A stretch of 64,000 nt of DNA from Octopus sinensis. Taxonomy: Eukaryota. The position numbers and the translations under genes were made by a program. The notes under the pieces are model-generated. The model was not told the origin of the DNA. It did no database searches and was given only the letters and a program-made list of their open reading frames with translations. The DNA lies in contig NC_043012.1 of NCBI RefSeq assembly GCF_006345805.1, forward strand, positions 24,242,001-24,306,000, given 5' to 3'. Each line of letters starts with the position of its first letter. Position 1 is the first letter of the stretch. Positions 13,017 through 25,976 of this stretch are shown here, piece after piece.

Positions 13017-13236
13017 CATGTGTGTGTTTGTGTGTCTGTTTGTCCCCCTAGCATTGCTTGACAACCGATGCTGGTGTGTTTACGTCCCTGTCACTTAGCG
13101 GTTCGGCAAAAAAGAGACCGATAGAATAAGTACTGGGCTTACAAAGAATAAGTCCCGGGGTCGATTTGCTCGACTAAAGGCGGTGCTCCAGCATGGCCGC
13201 AGTCAAATGACAAACAAATAAAAGAGTAAAAGAGTA
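12812..13236 (+). mobile_element. Young full-length tRNA-derived SINE (family A) with internal (TA)n(TG)n and an (AAAAGAGT)n tail
   Basis: A-box-like TGGCTGTGTGGT and B-box-like GGTTCAGTCCC, with CpGs intact; near-identical copies at 25553 and 52971. Confidence 0.9.
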
Positions 13237-14202
13237 ATATGAAAGACCTAAACAGGAGGATTTGAACTCAGAACATAAGCAAATGCCACCAAGGTCCAAT
13301 ATCCTACTATTTTTGGCATTACACAAAGCAACTTATCTAATCCAGGGGGTGAGTGTAAAACATGCAAGTTGCAATTCACTTCCAGTTATCTAGAATACCC
13401 ACCATCACAAAAAAAAAAACTAACGGATTAAAAAAAAAATAGGCAGTATAAAGCAAGAAAACTGATACAAGGGTCTCTGCATATCAAATATTGCTACAGA
13501 ATTTCCTCTTTTTACTGCATGGTATTCTTTCTAATGTTAACCCCTCAACCATGAAATCAATGGTTACAGGACCTTAATTTTTTTTTGTTTTCTTTTTTGC
13601 CTCCTCCTTCTGCAGTTCAGTAAATTGATAGAGGTGTTCAATGATTTATCTAAATCCATGACAATATTGACAAAACGATTGCAAAACATCAAGATAAGCA
13701 AGATTAGGTAAAGATAGATAAAAGTTATCGAGCTAAGACAAAAAAAAAAAATTTTTTTTTAAACGCAAGAGGAAAACCTTTATCAGAGTTAACCTCTCTC
13801 ACGGTCAATACTGTATCTAAAGTAAAAGTGGTGGTTTAGTAAATAACGGTAGTTTAGCCCCCAAGTCCACTTTCTTTGAACAGACCTTATGACAAACAGC
13901 ATGCCACTAGTTCACACAGCCCAATCTGTCTTGCCTTTAAGACAGTAGGTAATGATGAGCTGAGGGAGATTTGACTACCATTTCTTGCAGGTTTTGAGCA
14001 ACAATGTATAGGGTCTTTTGTCGGCTGTAGTAAATGTGTGTCAGGCGTTCATACCCTTCTACAGAGCAACTGGTGGCTTTCCAACGCACAACCAGCTAGT
14101 TCGAGTCACACAACAGTTCAAATTAAATAACAACTACCCCAACCTTACCAAGGAACTCTGACGATGCTTTTCTTAGAGGAACCTGACAGCGTAATGTACT
14201 GC

Positions 14203-14204
<2 letters not shown>

Positions 14205-14257
<53 letters not shown>
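14205..14257. repeat. (GA)n microsatellite
   Basis: Direct reading. Confidence 0.97.
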
Positions 14258-14260
<3 letters not shown>

Positions 14261-14377
14261 ATAACATTGACATGGACAGGTAAAGGTGGTGGAGGGCAAA
14301 GACAGTTAAGTAAAATGCCAAGATATCCAAGTAGAAGAACTTTACCTTCAGCAAGTATCTCCTACTAAAGATTACTG

Positions 14378-14606
14378 AAGGCGGCGAACTGGCAGAAACG
14401 TTAGCACGCTGGGCGAAATGTGTAGCCGTATTTTGTCTGCTGTTACGTTCTGAGTTCAAATTCCACTGAGGTCGACTTTGCTTTTCATCCTTTCGGGGTC
14501 GATAAATTAAGTACCAGTTATGCACTGGGGATGGATGTAATCGACTTAATCTGTTTGTCTGTCCCCTCTATGTTTAGCCCCTTGTGGGTAGTAAAGAAAT
14601 AAGTAT
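14378..14606 (+). mobile_element. tRNA-derived SINE, family B (GGCGGCGAACTGGCAG...GAGTTCAAATTCC...GGGGTCGATAAATTAAGTACCAG...GAAATAAGTAT)
   Basis: tRNA-like A and B boxes; multiple copies in the window; flanked by an imperfect ~19-bp direct repeat. Confidence 0.85.
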
Positions 14607-16391
14607 CTTCTGCTAAAGACCCAAGCCAACCAAAGTCTCATGAAGATTGGACAGATGGAAACTGAAAGAGGCCCGTTGTGTATATATGTGTGTTTGCCCT
14701 CCACCATTACTTCACAAGTGGTGTTGGTTTGTTTACATTCTGCAACTTGGAGCGTTCAGTAAAGAGAAATGCAAAGAATAAACAGCAGGCTTTAAACTAA
14801 GTACTGGGACCAATCTGACTAAACTTTTCAAGACATGCTCCAACATGGCCACAGACTGAAAACAAGGAAAAAGAACAAAAATAATATCTGTCCCTCACCC
14901 TTCCACGACCATATTTACCCATCCCGTTTCACTTATATTCACATTCATGTAACTTAAGGGTGCAACCAGACATTTTCACCCCCATCTTTTTATTTTCCAA
15001 CAGGTAATAACAATTATGTCTTCCTACAGCTGTCCCTCTTATTCCCTGGAATAAAGCCATCTCTAATCAATACTATCTCACACCCGGGGTGAGGGAGGGG
15101 TCTTGTCAAGTAAGTAACTCTATATCTCTGGTGTTAGTACCATGTCAAAGAGCACCCAAAACATTGTAAAGTGGTTGGCAGCAGGAAGGGCATCCAGCTG
15201 TAAAAACCATGCTGAAGGAGACATTAGGGTTTGATACAGTCCTCTGGCTCATCAGCTCCTGCTGAAATGTCCAACCCATACCAGCATGGATAACACATTA
15301 AAGTGGTGTATCAACTGACACTGGGTCAGTTACAACAATAAAGGGGTTCCAGTAGATCCAATCAGCGCAACAGCCTGCTCACTGAATTAACATGCAAGTG
15401 TCTAAGCACTCCTCGGACATGCATATTGTTAATGTAGTTCTCATGTATATTCAGCAGGACACAATGTGACAGGGCTGGGCCTTTTGAATTACAACTCATT
15501 TTCACCAGCTGAGTGGACCAAAACAATGTGAAATAAAGTGTCTTGCTCAAGGACAGAATGTGCCATTGGGTATCGTACTCACCTTACAAATGTGACCCAA
15601 AAACCCTAATCACTAAGCTATGTGCTTTGACTAAACAATGAGGTGTGTATATATGTATGACTTTGTAAGCACACACCCCAGAGACTTTGTGCATGTAACG
15701 CCTGATAAAGTATGAAGTTTCTACCCAAATGATCATGCATGAATGTGCTTGTGAATAAATGCGTGCACATGAGGATCAGTAAACATGCATATGAGAGAGA
15801 GAGGGGGGGATGTGTGTGTGTGTGTTACCTGATAATATTTAAGTGATGTTCAAAATTTGGAACAGATGAAAAATAGATTTATAAGTGAAGTAAAAAAAAA
15901 AAAGACTAGAATAAATATAATACAAGAATAACAGTGTAAATATATGAAATATTAATTAATAAAATTGCTATTAGTCATTAAATAAAAATAATATAAAAAA
16001 AAAGCGTTGAAATAATACAAATGCGAAAAGTTCCAAACACACAAGCATTGTGCATTTAAAATGAAATTTTTAAACTATGAAAGAAAATGGATACTTAATT
16101 CTAACATCTACAATTATTATTATTATTATTATTATTATTGAATTCCTGAATATTCAAATTAAGTCACTTTTAGTTTTCACTAAGGTTTTTGTTTTTCTGC
16201 AGAAAACATGATAAAAATAATTCATATTTTTGGGAGTTTTTTTTTGTTTTTTTTTTTAAATTGTTGGCAGAAAATAATCCAGCTACCCCACCCCACCCCA
16301 CACATATATACACAAACAAGGTGGAATGTCAAATTACACATACCTATTTATGTAGGAGATGGATTTTGTCCATAATATATGCATGTATATT

Positions 16392-16430
<39 letters not shown>

Positions 16431-17446
16431 AAGCACATATACACAGCTTCATAGAGGCAATTACAAATAGGCCTATTTTACATACACACACACACACACA
16501 CACACACAGAAACAGTTCCTATTTCACACAAATACACAAAAGAAACTATACAAACACACACACACATTAACTCATACTTATATATACAGATACACAAATG
16601 GACATTATCTCTCAAACATACATACATACATACATACACATCTGTGCACATAAAAATTCCTTTATGTGCACACAATGCATATTTACGTGTATAATTGGGT
16701 ATATAATTACAAACATGCACATACATAAATGTGTGTGTGTATCATTGCACATAAATACACGCATCAGATAAATGTTAAGAAATGTATTGACTTTTTTATG
16801 TGTTTATTAAATTTCTTTTACAGTAAACGAGAAGAAAATTAGTACGTAGATGTCACAAGAATTATATTGGTGCGAACGATGGAACAACTTGTTAAATAAT
16901 TTTTAATATTTGACACTCCTACCACCACCTTCATTGCAAGCAGCGTCTGTGAAAATTTAAGGAGCGGGGAGAGAAATAGATGGAGAGACAAAGGCGGGAA
17001 AAGAGGGGAAAAATGAAATGGTAGATAGACCTTTTCTTTTTCTTTAAAAAGGAAGATATTTTTACCTCCCAAAAACTGTGTGAAGGTGGGTGGCAAAAAT
17101 GGTTAAAAATGACAAATTATGGTATTTTCAAAAGCCTGTTGGCAGATTAAGGAGAAAGTCAATGAATGTTATTGCACATCCATACATATTAATGATTTCC
17201 TGTGGAAACAGAAAGGATGGAGTTGGGGAAACAGAGAGAGAGAGAGAGAGGGGGAAGCAAAAAAAGGATAGGAAAGGGTTGAAAGGTGGGGGAACGGGGG
17301 ATATACAGAAGGGGTGGGGGGGAAACAATGAATGGTATCAAGAGAATATTTCATGCATTATTCAAATATATTACAGACAATACATAAATATCACATACAC
17401 TCACATATAAACTCAAGTACATACGTGGGTGTGTGGGTGTGGATGG

Positions 17447-17530
<84 letters not shown>
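17447..17530. repeat. (TA)n microsatellite
   Basis: Direct reading. Confidence 0.95.
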
Positions 17531-17534
<4 letters not shown>

Positions 17535-19192
17535 GTATGGATGATCATAGAAAACAGAACTAAATAATTAAAGTTTAAAATAAAAACAAGATCGTAAAAG
17601 TAGGACATAAATGAGCCTATAGAATTAAATAAACAAGGAAACCAATTCTGCTTCATTGTGTGTGTGTGTGTATGTGGAATATAATTATTACATTGAATAA
17701 ATATGCTACAATTGTATGTAAATGATCCATCCACAACATAGACATCCATTTTCTTTCTGCTGGTTTTTCTTTAACCTAATTTCTAAGAATCTTTTTTTTT
17801 TTTTGTTCATGTTCTTGTTCTTTGCAAAAGGTAATAAGTTGCTGAAATTAATTATCGAGATAGAGTACTTGTTTCAAGAAAGTACAAAAGGCTTTGCATT
17901 TTATTTATTTCAAAAAGAAAAAAAAAATAATCAGATGTCGTGGTGTTCAAGCCATTCCCAACACAACAAAAGTGAAACAACAAACAAGCCTCTTAATAAG
18001 GGCTGAAAATGCAAAGACCACTTTCACTCATAAATTACCAATTTGTTATCAACTACTTAATCCTTATATTACCATAGTTCTATTGAAATAGTCGTTATTT
18101 CAATTTTTTTGTTTTTTAATAATTAAATACTAATTATTTAGCTGGTGTTTGAAACATAAATTAGCATGAAATTTTGATGGCTGGTATGAATTTTTATCAT
18201 TTTAATCCTTTAACATATAAATCAGCCTCTCTACCTGTATTTTGTTCAACTGACTAGATCTGGCCTATCATACCTACTTCACAATGCCATCCTGAAAATA
18301 AATGCTCCATAAAAATCTCTAAGGTAGAAGATAATGCATGATTAATTCAAAAACAATGTGAATAAATAAGCATTACAATTTTTTTCATGGGATCGAAAGT
18401 AGTTTCAGGTGGGTTTGTATCACAAGGATTAAAATTATTGGTGCCTCAAACCAATTTTTATCTTTGGGGTATTTATTCAATTTTACATCAAATCGTACAA
18501 AAGGAAAAAAAAAAAAAAAAAAAGACAGGTGAGGGAACAACAAAGTGTATTAGTTTGACACTCAGGGAAAATAGAGTCTTTGATATATGTAAGTATTTAC
18601 TTGTACCTAGTTTTGTAGTTGCTTAGTTCCAAGTCAACCTTGACTGAGTAGACCTGTTGACAAAGAGACTTCAACCTCATTGATCCTTTTCCTGTTTTCC
18701 CTACCCCCGGGATGATGCAGCCCTCAGGGTTTAAGAGGTTAGCATTCATTTTCAGTGAAGTTTGGCTTTTGTCTTCTATTACAACTTCATGGAGCTTTGA
18801 GTGTAGCTTGTAGGTGTGCATACATGTGTGCATGTAGGTGTCTGAATGTGCATGCTTTCATATGTCACATTTCTCCCTCCAATGAAGGTGTCTGTAATAG
18901 AAGGGTTATATCTTAAATGATAGAATCTTTCAATGAAAGGGTTTATCATTTTATTCCTTAAGGAATAAAATTCCATTTTCTTTAATTATTAATATTACAA
19001 GTTGTCTGAGAATGTTGCCCGCAATAGCCATTTTACAGTATCCATTCCTCTAAATAGCTCAAAATGAGAAATAATGACACCCCACAAAGCCATTTTTTTT
19101 AAGACTGATAAGAAGGGTGGAAGTGAACCTCAGTCCAGTTATTTGTCCCAACCAAGGTCTTTGTATCAGTGATATGGTGGACAGTGGATTAA

Positions 19193-19386
19193 CCCTTAAG
19201 CATACAGATTACTCTCAAATGCAATGTGTATTTAACCATATGCTTTTGAATTAATCTTGCATTATCTTGTAGCTTCCAAATTATAATGTAATTATTGGGA
19301 GTGGGTGAGATGCCAGATCTGGCCAATTTCAGCATAATACAGATGGCATATTTGTGGTAGATATAGCTGGTTTAAATGCTAAAGGG
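19193..19386. mobile_element. piggyBac-type MITE
   Basis: TTAA|CCCTTAAGCAT...AATGCTAAAGGG|TTGA. Confidence 0.75.
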
Positions 19387-19522
19387 TTGAGCCTACAAAC
19401 CAAAAACATCAAGTCCTAATGAGTTTTCACACAGTATCCATCAACAAAATTTCACTAACAGGTTCTTTGGTCAATCTAAGATTGCTATGATAGATGGCAA
19501 GTTGCCCAAGGAATCATGCCAT

Positions 19523-19760
19523 AGTTAAGTTAAGTTAATTTTTTAGCTCATAAAACAAAAAGCAAGGCCATGTAGGGGGACATGGAGTTATGTACAGGGG
19601 TGTTCATGCAAAGAGTTCAAGCCATTTCATTTTGAACCAAGTGGTCATCGACATCTTCACTATCTCGACCGGCAGCTTATTCCACGGATCTTATTCCATG
19701 AGATGGTACCTGAAGCTACATAAATCACAACCACGTAGCCATACCTTGTATGCTTCAGAG
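19523..19760 (-). mobile_element. CR1/L2-type LINE 3' end with (TTAAC)n-like tail
   Basis: The minus strand reads PWNKLPVEIVKMSMTTWFKMKWLELFA*, matching the WNxLPxxVV...FK motif at CR1 ORF2 C-termini. The 3'UTR is shared with 1531-1655. Confidence 0.7.
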
Positions 19761-19825
19761 CTCGAGATATGCTATAGTTTCATTGCTTTCATTTCTTGCA
19801 GGGACAATATCAGTGAATAAAGAAG

Positions 19826-20099
19826 GATTGCCAGCATCGCCTGGCCCCATGTCGGTGACACGTAAAAGCACCATCCGTTCGTGGCCGTTCACCAGCTCTG
19901 TCTGGCACCTGTGCAGGTGGCACGTAAAAAACACCCACTACACTCGCGGAGTGGTTGGCGTTAGGAAGGGCATCCAGCCGTAGAAACACTGCCAGATCTG
20001 ACTGGGCCTGACGAAGCCTTCCAGCTTCACAGACCCCAGTTGACCCGTCCAACCCATGCTAGCATGGAAAGCGGACGCTAAACGATGATGATGATGATG
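19826..20099 (+). mobile_element. RTE-LINE 3'UTR-type retroposed copy with (GAT)n tail
   Basis: Shares GGTTGGCGTTAGGAAGGGCATCCAGC...AACCCATGCTAGCATGGAA...GATGATGATG with the LINE end at 30.0-30.7 kb; CpGs are intact. Confidence 0.85.
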
Positions 20100-20566
20100 A
20101 AACTCAGCAAACAGGGCAGTAAATATATGGTCAAAAAAAAAAAAAAAAGCAAAGAAAAGGAGGAAAAAAACACTGTTGGCATGGTGACATGTGGTTAGGA
20201 CCGAGTCCCATAAACTACTTCAACTTAGCTAAGCAGATGTTGAATGTAAAAAAATGATGAATGTGTTATCATGAACCACAAAAGAAGAGGGTCAGTTAAT
20301 TTGATGAGTCCTTTTCAGAAAGTAAATAAAATGGAGCAATCAAAAACCTATATTCAATAACAGCAGAGAGTTGATTGATTGACATTTCCATCCATGACTC
20401 ACACCCCTCTCTAATACTGCCACCCTTTAAGATTTAGGGACCTAAAAGGAAATTAGCACAAGTCATTTACAAAATAAAAAGCAAAAAATGGAAGTAAAAT
20501 GTAGAGCGATGAGGGAGATTTGACTATTATTTTCAGAGTCAATGCTGTGATCTATTCAGTACATGC

Positions 20567-20658
20567 TAGAGATAATCTTCTAATGAGTCAAGTAGCACTA
20601 TGTCTGCAAATATCAGTGAGCTGATCACACACCCACAGATTGTGATAGCATTTCCACA
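20567..20658 (-). mobile_element. Decayed non-LTR reverse transcriptase fragment around the catalytic (Y/F)ADD motif
   Basis: The minus strand reads GNAITICGCVISSLIFAD-IVLLDSLEDYL*, resembling I..LLFADD.VLL with one Asp lost. Confidence 0.45.
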
Positions 20659-20779
20659 ATGGTTGCACACATCAATCCGGTTCTCCTGATTGGGGTCGCA
20701 GCTCCAGTATAACACATATTTGCTAAGACTGCCTCAGGAAAAAAAAAAAATCACAAGGTCGATTCTTCATGCTTAGCCA

Positions 20780-20945
20780 ACTGGCAGGGGACCTATGGGT
20801 AGACCAAGAATGAGATGGTTGGATAAACATCCATAGTGTTAGTTGGTCATGCTTGGAAATTCAGCAAAAGGGTGTAATGTGGGTTGCTTCAGATAGGTCC
20901 CTAAAGAGAACTCTACTACCATGACCCTTTCAGGAACAGCAGGCA
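20780..20945 (+). mobile_element. Decayed RTE-clade LINE C-terminal fragment
   Basis: Translates as GRGPMGRPRMRWLD; the downstream DNA resembles 3110-3260. Confidence 0.6.
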
Positions 20946-21458
20946 GCAAAACTGGAAAGTTATAAGACAGAAGTTCCTATTTTGAATTCTGTACAGTGTA
21001 AAAAGATAAATGAAAACAGGAAATCTGATCGGAATACAAAGTATCAGAGGAAATCCTAAGGTTGATAGAATCAACAAAAACCCTTGAAGCTTGTCTCAAC
21101 ATGTCTATAGTTATGCAAGTGAAACCAGTCAAAGAATGCAAGTCCATATAGAATATCCACTGCATGCCGTAGCAATCAATTATGAGTTAATTAAAATGCA
21201 GTTGGAATAGTCTAGACAGTTGCCTGCAGGATTGGAAACGATATTCAGTTAATATAAAGTTGAAACTGAATACATATACACACGCACACAGAGAGAGAGA
21301 GCAAAAATAATCTGAAGAATTGTAAATGAATCTGTCTTCTAAACTATGCTTTATAATAAGCTAAGTTTTCTTCTACAGTGGTTTACAACAGAATGACACC
21401 AATAGTAGGTTTTACAAGTTTGCTCTATTCACATGGAATAATTAGTTACTAAGATCTT

Positions 21459-21572
21459 AATTAGGTAATATCTGATTAGATGTCCCACACCTGCATGGCT
21501 GAGGCAAAAATCTTTAATTAGGTAATATCTGATTAGATGTCCCACACTTGCATGGCTGAGGCAAAAATCTTT
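21459..21572. repeat. 57-bp tandem duplication
   Basis: aattaggtaatatctgattagatgtcccacac(c/t)tgcatggctgaggcaaaaatcttt occurs twice. Confidence 0.92.
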
Positions 21573-22002
21573 GAGGAAGATCTTTCTTCGATGGGGTGCT
21601 CTTCCCATCACCAACCTTCTCGTGTTTCCAAATTAGGTAATATTTCCCAAACTTGTTTGTTGGATATGAACAACACAACGGACAGGCATAAGAAAGACTA
21701 CAAGCCAACAACACTGCTTCTCTGAAAGTGACATTTTGTTTGAGATGGGAACACAATGTGACGCACACACACACACATTTATAAGGGCTTCCTTCAGTTT
21801 TTGTCTATCAAACTCACTCACATGGCTTTGGGTGGCCCTAGTTCTACAGTAAAAGATGCATGCTCCAGATGTCATGCAGCAGAAATTAACCTGAAACTAT
21901 GTCACACACACGATCCCTACAACTAATCTTTCTACTATAAAGGCAAGGCCTGAAATTTTTAGAGTAGGGGGATACTTGATTACATTGATCCATACCTGGT
22001 AT

Positions 22003-22260
22003 GGAAGCGCGTGGTTTAGTGGTTAGGGTGTTGAACTCACGATTGTAAGGTTGTGGTTTCGATTCCTGGACCGGGCAATGCATTGTGTTCTTGAGCAAAA
22101 CACTTCATTTCATGTTGCTCCAGTCCACTTACTTGGCTGGCAAAAATAAGTAATCCTGTGACGGACCGGTGCCCCGTCCAGGTGGGGATTTTCTACGCCA
22201 CTGAAACCAGGAAACCAGCCCTTATGAGCCTGGCATGGCTCGAGAAGGAACATTTTTATT
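22003..22260 (+). mobile_element. tRNA-derived SINE (family D) with a conserved-type central domain, nested inside a family B copy
   Basis: Head GGAAGCGCGTGGTTTAGTGGTTAGG...GGTTTCGATTCC; body CTTGAGCAAAACACTT...CCTGTGACGGACCGGTGCCCCGTCCAGG...GAAACCAGG. Related copies at ~15310-15610(-) and 22930-23080(-). Confidence 0.8.
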
Positions 22261-24007
22261 TATATATAACTAGTACTTATTTTATTGACTCCAAAAGGAT
22301 GAAAGTTGACTTTGGTGTTATTTCAACTTAGAATGCCAGGAGAAACACCACGAAACATTTTGTCCAGTGTGCTAACGATTCTGCAAGCTTAGCACCTTGC
22401 ATAAAGATACATGTCTATACATGCACACATACGATGGCTGTGTGGTTAAGAAGCTTTTGAGTTCCATCCCACTATGAGACATCTTGAGCAAATATCTTCT
22501 GCTATAGCCACAGACCAACCGAAGCCTTGTAACTGAATTTGGTATGTTGATGTCCTCACAACCTGGCAGTTCAATGAAAGAGGCTAACAAAATAAGTACC
22601 ACGCTTTAAAAATAAACATCGAGATTGATTTGTTCAACTAAAACAATTCAAGGCAGTGCCCCAGCATGGCTACAGACCAATGACTGAAACAAGTAAAAAG
22701 ATTGTAACCTGGGTCAGAATAGTCAATCTCCATCTCATTTATAGAGAAAATGTGAATTTCATAGCAACTGTTTATCTTTTACTGGTTTCAGTCATTGGAC
22801 TGTGGCCATGCTGGGGCACCACTTTGAAGGATAAACAAATTAACATCAGACCCTACTTTTTCTTCCTTTTTCTTTTCAAGTCTATAACTTATTCGGTTCT
22901 AGGCTGACAGAATACAACAAGGCTAGCCCTTTAAAATACAAGTACTATTCATTTTTGCCAGCTGAGTGGATGGGAGCAAAGCGAAATAAAAGTGTCCCAT
23001 TCAGAGACACAATGTGCTACCATATCAAATTCATGACTTTATAATCAGGAGTTGAATGCCCGAATCTTTAAGCCATGCAACTTCACGCATACAAATATGA
23101 GAGGTGACACCTAGTGCTGAAACAAGTGGTGCATGTAGTGTTTATTAACACTACATGGCCAAACTAGGGTACATTTAGAATGTATGTCCCCTCTTTACTG
23201 TTATCTCAAAAAACAAAGGGTATCTATTAAAATCTGATTTGTTATCTATATTCATTTATATACGATAGGTATGCTTTGAGGAGACACAAAAGTATATAAT
23301 GCATAGGAGGGGGATAGCAAGGAAAACAGACATTAAAAGATAATTATATATCATCATCGTTTAACATCTGTTGTCCATGCTGGCATGGGTTGGATGGTGT
23401 GACCAGAATAGGTAAGCTGGGGAGCTGCCCCAGGCTCCAATCTGATTTGGCATGGTTTCTATAGCTGGATGCCCCTCCTAATGCCAACCACTTTACAGAG
23501 TGCGTTGGGTGCTTTTACATGGCACTGCATGAACGCTTTTACGCATGTGTATATAAAGATAAAATATATACACACACACACACAAATTATTTTTCCAAGT
23601 GTTAACAATCAACCTGTTCAGAAATATCCTAAAAATTTCGAAGATTTTAAATATAAAAAAAAAAAAAATTGTGGGAGTTGGAAATAATTATTTAAAAATT
23701 CCATACAATGAACTTGCAATCGTAAATATTTCAGCTCCCGAGAGCTTTTTTTACAAAACCCTTCAGATTTGTTTGTATCCCTTATGATAAAAGGCAGATT
23801 TTCTCTGCCTGTTACCATGTTTGTTTTTAATACAATTCTACAATATAGAATTTCTTCAATTGGAATTTACCTATGATTTTTCGAAGTAGATTCGATTGGG
23901 TCATGGCATAAAGGTTTTTCAATTTGACCCCCAATTAAGCAAAAATTCAAGAAAAGTAAATATTTTACGATTTGCCTCTCTCATTTCAAATGCTTTACTC
24001 ATGCTAT

Positions 24008-24088
24008 TACCACACTTTCTCCTACTTTCTCTTTGCAAGTGTAGCTTAAACCTACCACACTTTCTGCTACTTTCTCTTTGCAAGTGTA
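24008..24088. repeat. 45-bp-period tandem duplication
   Basis: taccacactttct(c/g)ctactttctctttgcaagtgta occurs at 24008 and 24053. Confidence 0.88.
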
Positions 24089-25552
24089 TACCACTATCAT
24101 ATCAGTCCTCTTTCTACCACTCTTGAATCATCAACATCACCACACAAAATGATTTTATCATTTGAAGACTTCATCTAAATGTTCAGCCAACGAGGACATC
24201 TATGTGGTTAGTTTTGCCACTAGAAAGAGCAAGAAGAATATTTCCAAACTAAATCCTTTTCACTACTTAAAAAAATAAAATGTAAAAACCTGATGGATGT
24301 GTGATAGTAATGCACTTTGAAAATAAGACAAGTTGGCCATTTCTGGAACATCTTTGATCATAGAGCTGCTTCATTAGAAACAAACAAAGCAATTATTTCA
24401 AGTTTGTCAAGAGAAAAGGATGGAACCAGGTTACTTTTGTTCTAAAAGGAAGACTAAAATCAATATAGAAATCATTAGAGATCAATATTTAAAATTAATA
24501 ACTGTTCTTAATTTCTTTTAAAAATTATACAGGTACAACACCAACTCCCTGGACACGGATGGTCTGGAAACTCTTATAATCTGTTCCAGTTTATGAGCAG
24601 AAACCTCAGGTCACCTGGCTATTTCACTGGTACCAAAAATAATACTGTTTTAATAAACTCATTTCATTTATACTAATGTACAGGTACCTGTATTTCATTT
24701 AATTCTTCAAATAAATTTAATTTTTATATAATAATATTATATAACATTAGCTTGTTATACATTAGAGAGGTGGAGTGAGTGAGAGGAGTAAAGAAGAAGA
24801 GAGGAAGAAGTAAAAAGTGATTAATATTAATACACTTAGGCCAAATGTGTCATGTGAAATGTGTCATGTGGTCAGCTGAAAATAGAGGTGAAGAATGAGA
24901 GAAAAAGAAGGAGAGAGGAAAAGAGGAAGAGAGAAGTGGTAATGATGTGCAGTGAGGAGGGGAAGGAATACTTCTGTGATTAAAACGTTAGCTGAAAGGA
25001 AAAGTGGAGAGGTGGATAGGGGAGGCAGAGAGGAGGAGAGAGAAAGAAAGAGAGAGGCAGGTAGTGGGGGTGGTGTTGTGAAAATTTTTTTTTATTCATC
25101 CAACATTTTTTTTTTGCAACCATTGCTTAATGAATAAGTGCAATTGTTTGTAGTCTGCTCACTTAAAAAATTGATACTTGTTTATAAGGTTAACTTAGCC
25201 TAAACTCTGGATTCCCAAGAAACGTGATTGCAAGCTGCCCAAGAAAGGATGCGCAGATATAGAGGAACAGCAAGAAGATATAATAAAAATAGGAAAAAAA
25301 AGACAACACCGACGGAGACACGAGACAACGAAAGTAGATGAATGTCAAGAATATTCAAAAGAAAGCTAAACAATAAATGCTATAAAAAAAATTGGTCCTC
25401 TTAATTTTTTCCATTCTGTGGAATTTACATGAGTCCAACTAGTTTGTTTAATTTCGTGTGTGTTGACCAAAGTGACCAACCCTAGTTCAGAAAAATCAGT
25501 TAACAGCAAAAGCCTGTGAAACTAAAGATTCTGCTAAAACAATGTTGTTCCC

Positions 25553-25930
25553 AGTGGCTGTGTGGTAAGTAGCTTGTTTACCAACCACATGGTTGCAGGT
25601 TCAGTCCCACTGCGTGGCACCTTGGGCAAGTGTCTTCTACTATAGCCTTGGGCCGACCAAAGCCTTGTGAGTGGATTTGGTAGATGGAAACTGAAAGAAA
25701 CCCGTCGTATATATGTATATATATATATGTGTGTGTGTGTGTGTTTGTCCCCCTAGCATTGCTTGACAACCGATGCTGGTGTTTATGTCCCCGTCACTTA
25801 ACGGTTCGGCAAAAGAGACCGACAAAATAAGTACTAGGCTTACAAAGAATAAGTCCCGGGGTCGATGTGTTCGACTAAAGGTGGTGCTCCAGCATGGCCA
25901 CAGTCAAATGACTGAAACAAGTAAAAGAGA
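25553..25930 (+). mobile_element. Young tRNA-derived SINE, family A
   Basis: Highly similar to 12812-13236. Confidence 0.9.
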
Positions 25931-25976
25931 GATATCTAAGTCTCTCTAAAGGAGACTATGGCAGAGGTACTGGATA

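Noticed and set aside
13616-13707. Plus-strand exon-like segment (ctgcag|FSKLIEVFNDLSKSMTILTKRLQNIKISKI|gtaaag), and a similar one at 24533
   Set aside because: They are isolated, have no recognisable homology or partner exons, and lie opposite to the strand skew of this domain. They cannot be excluded without RNA data.
21459-24088. Short direct repeats as a possible CRISPR-like array
   Set aside because: Each has only two adjacent units with no unique spacers, the context is eukaryotic, and there are no cas genes.
24843-24870. 14-bp doublet aaatgtgtcatgtg x2
   Set aside because: A trivial slippage duplication.
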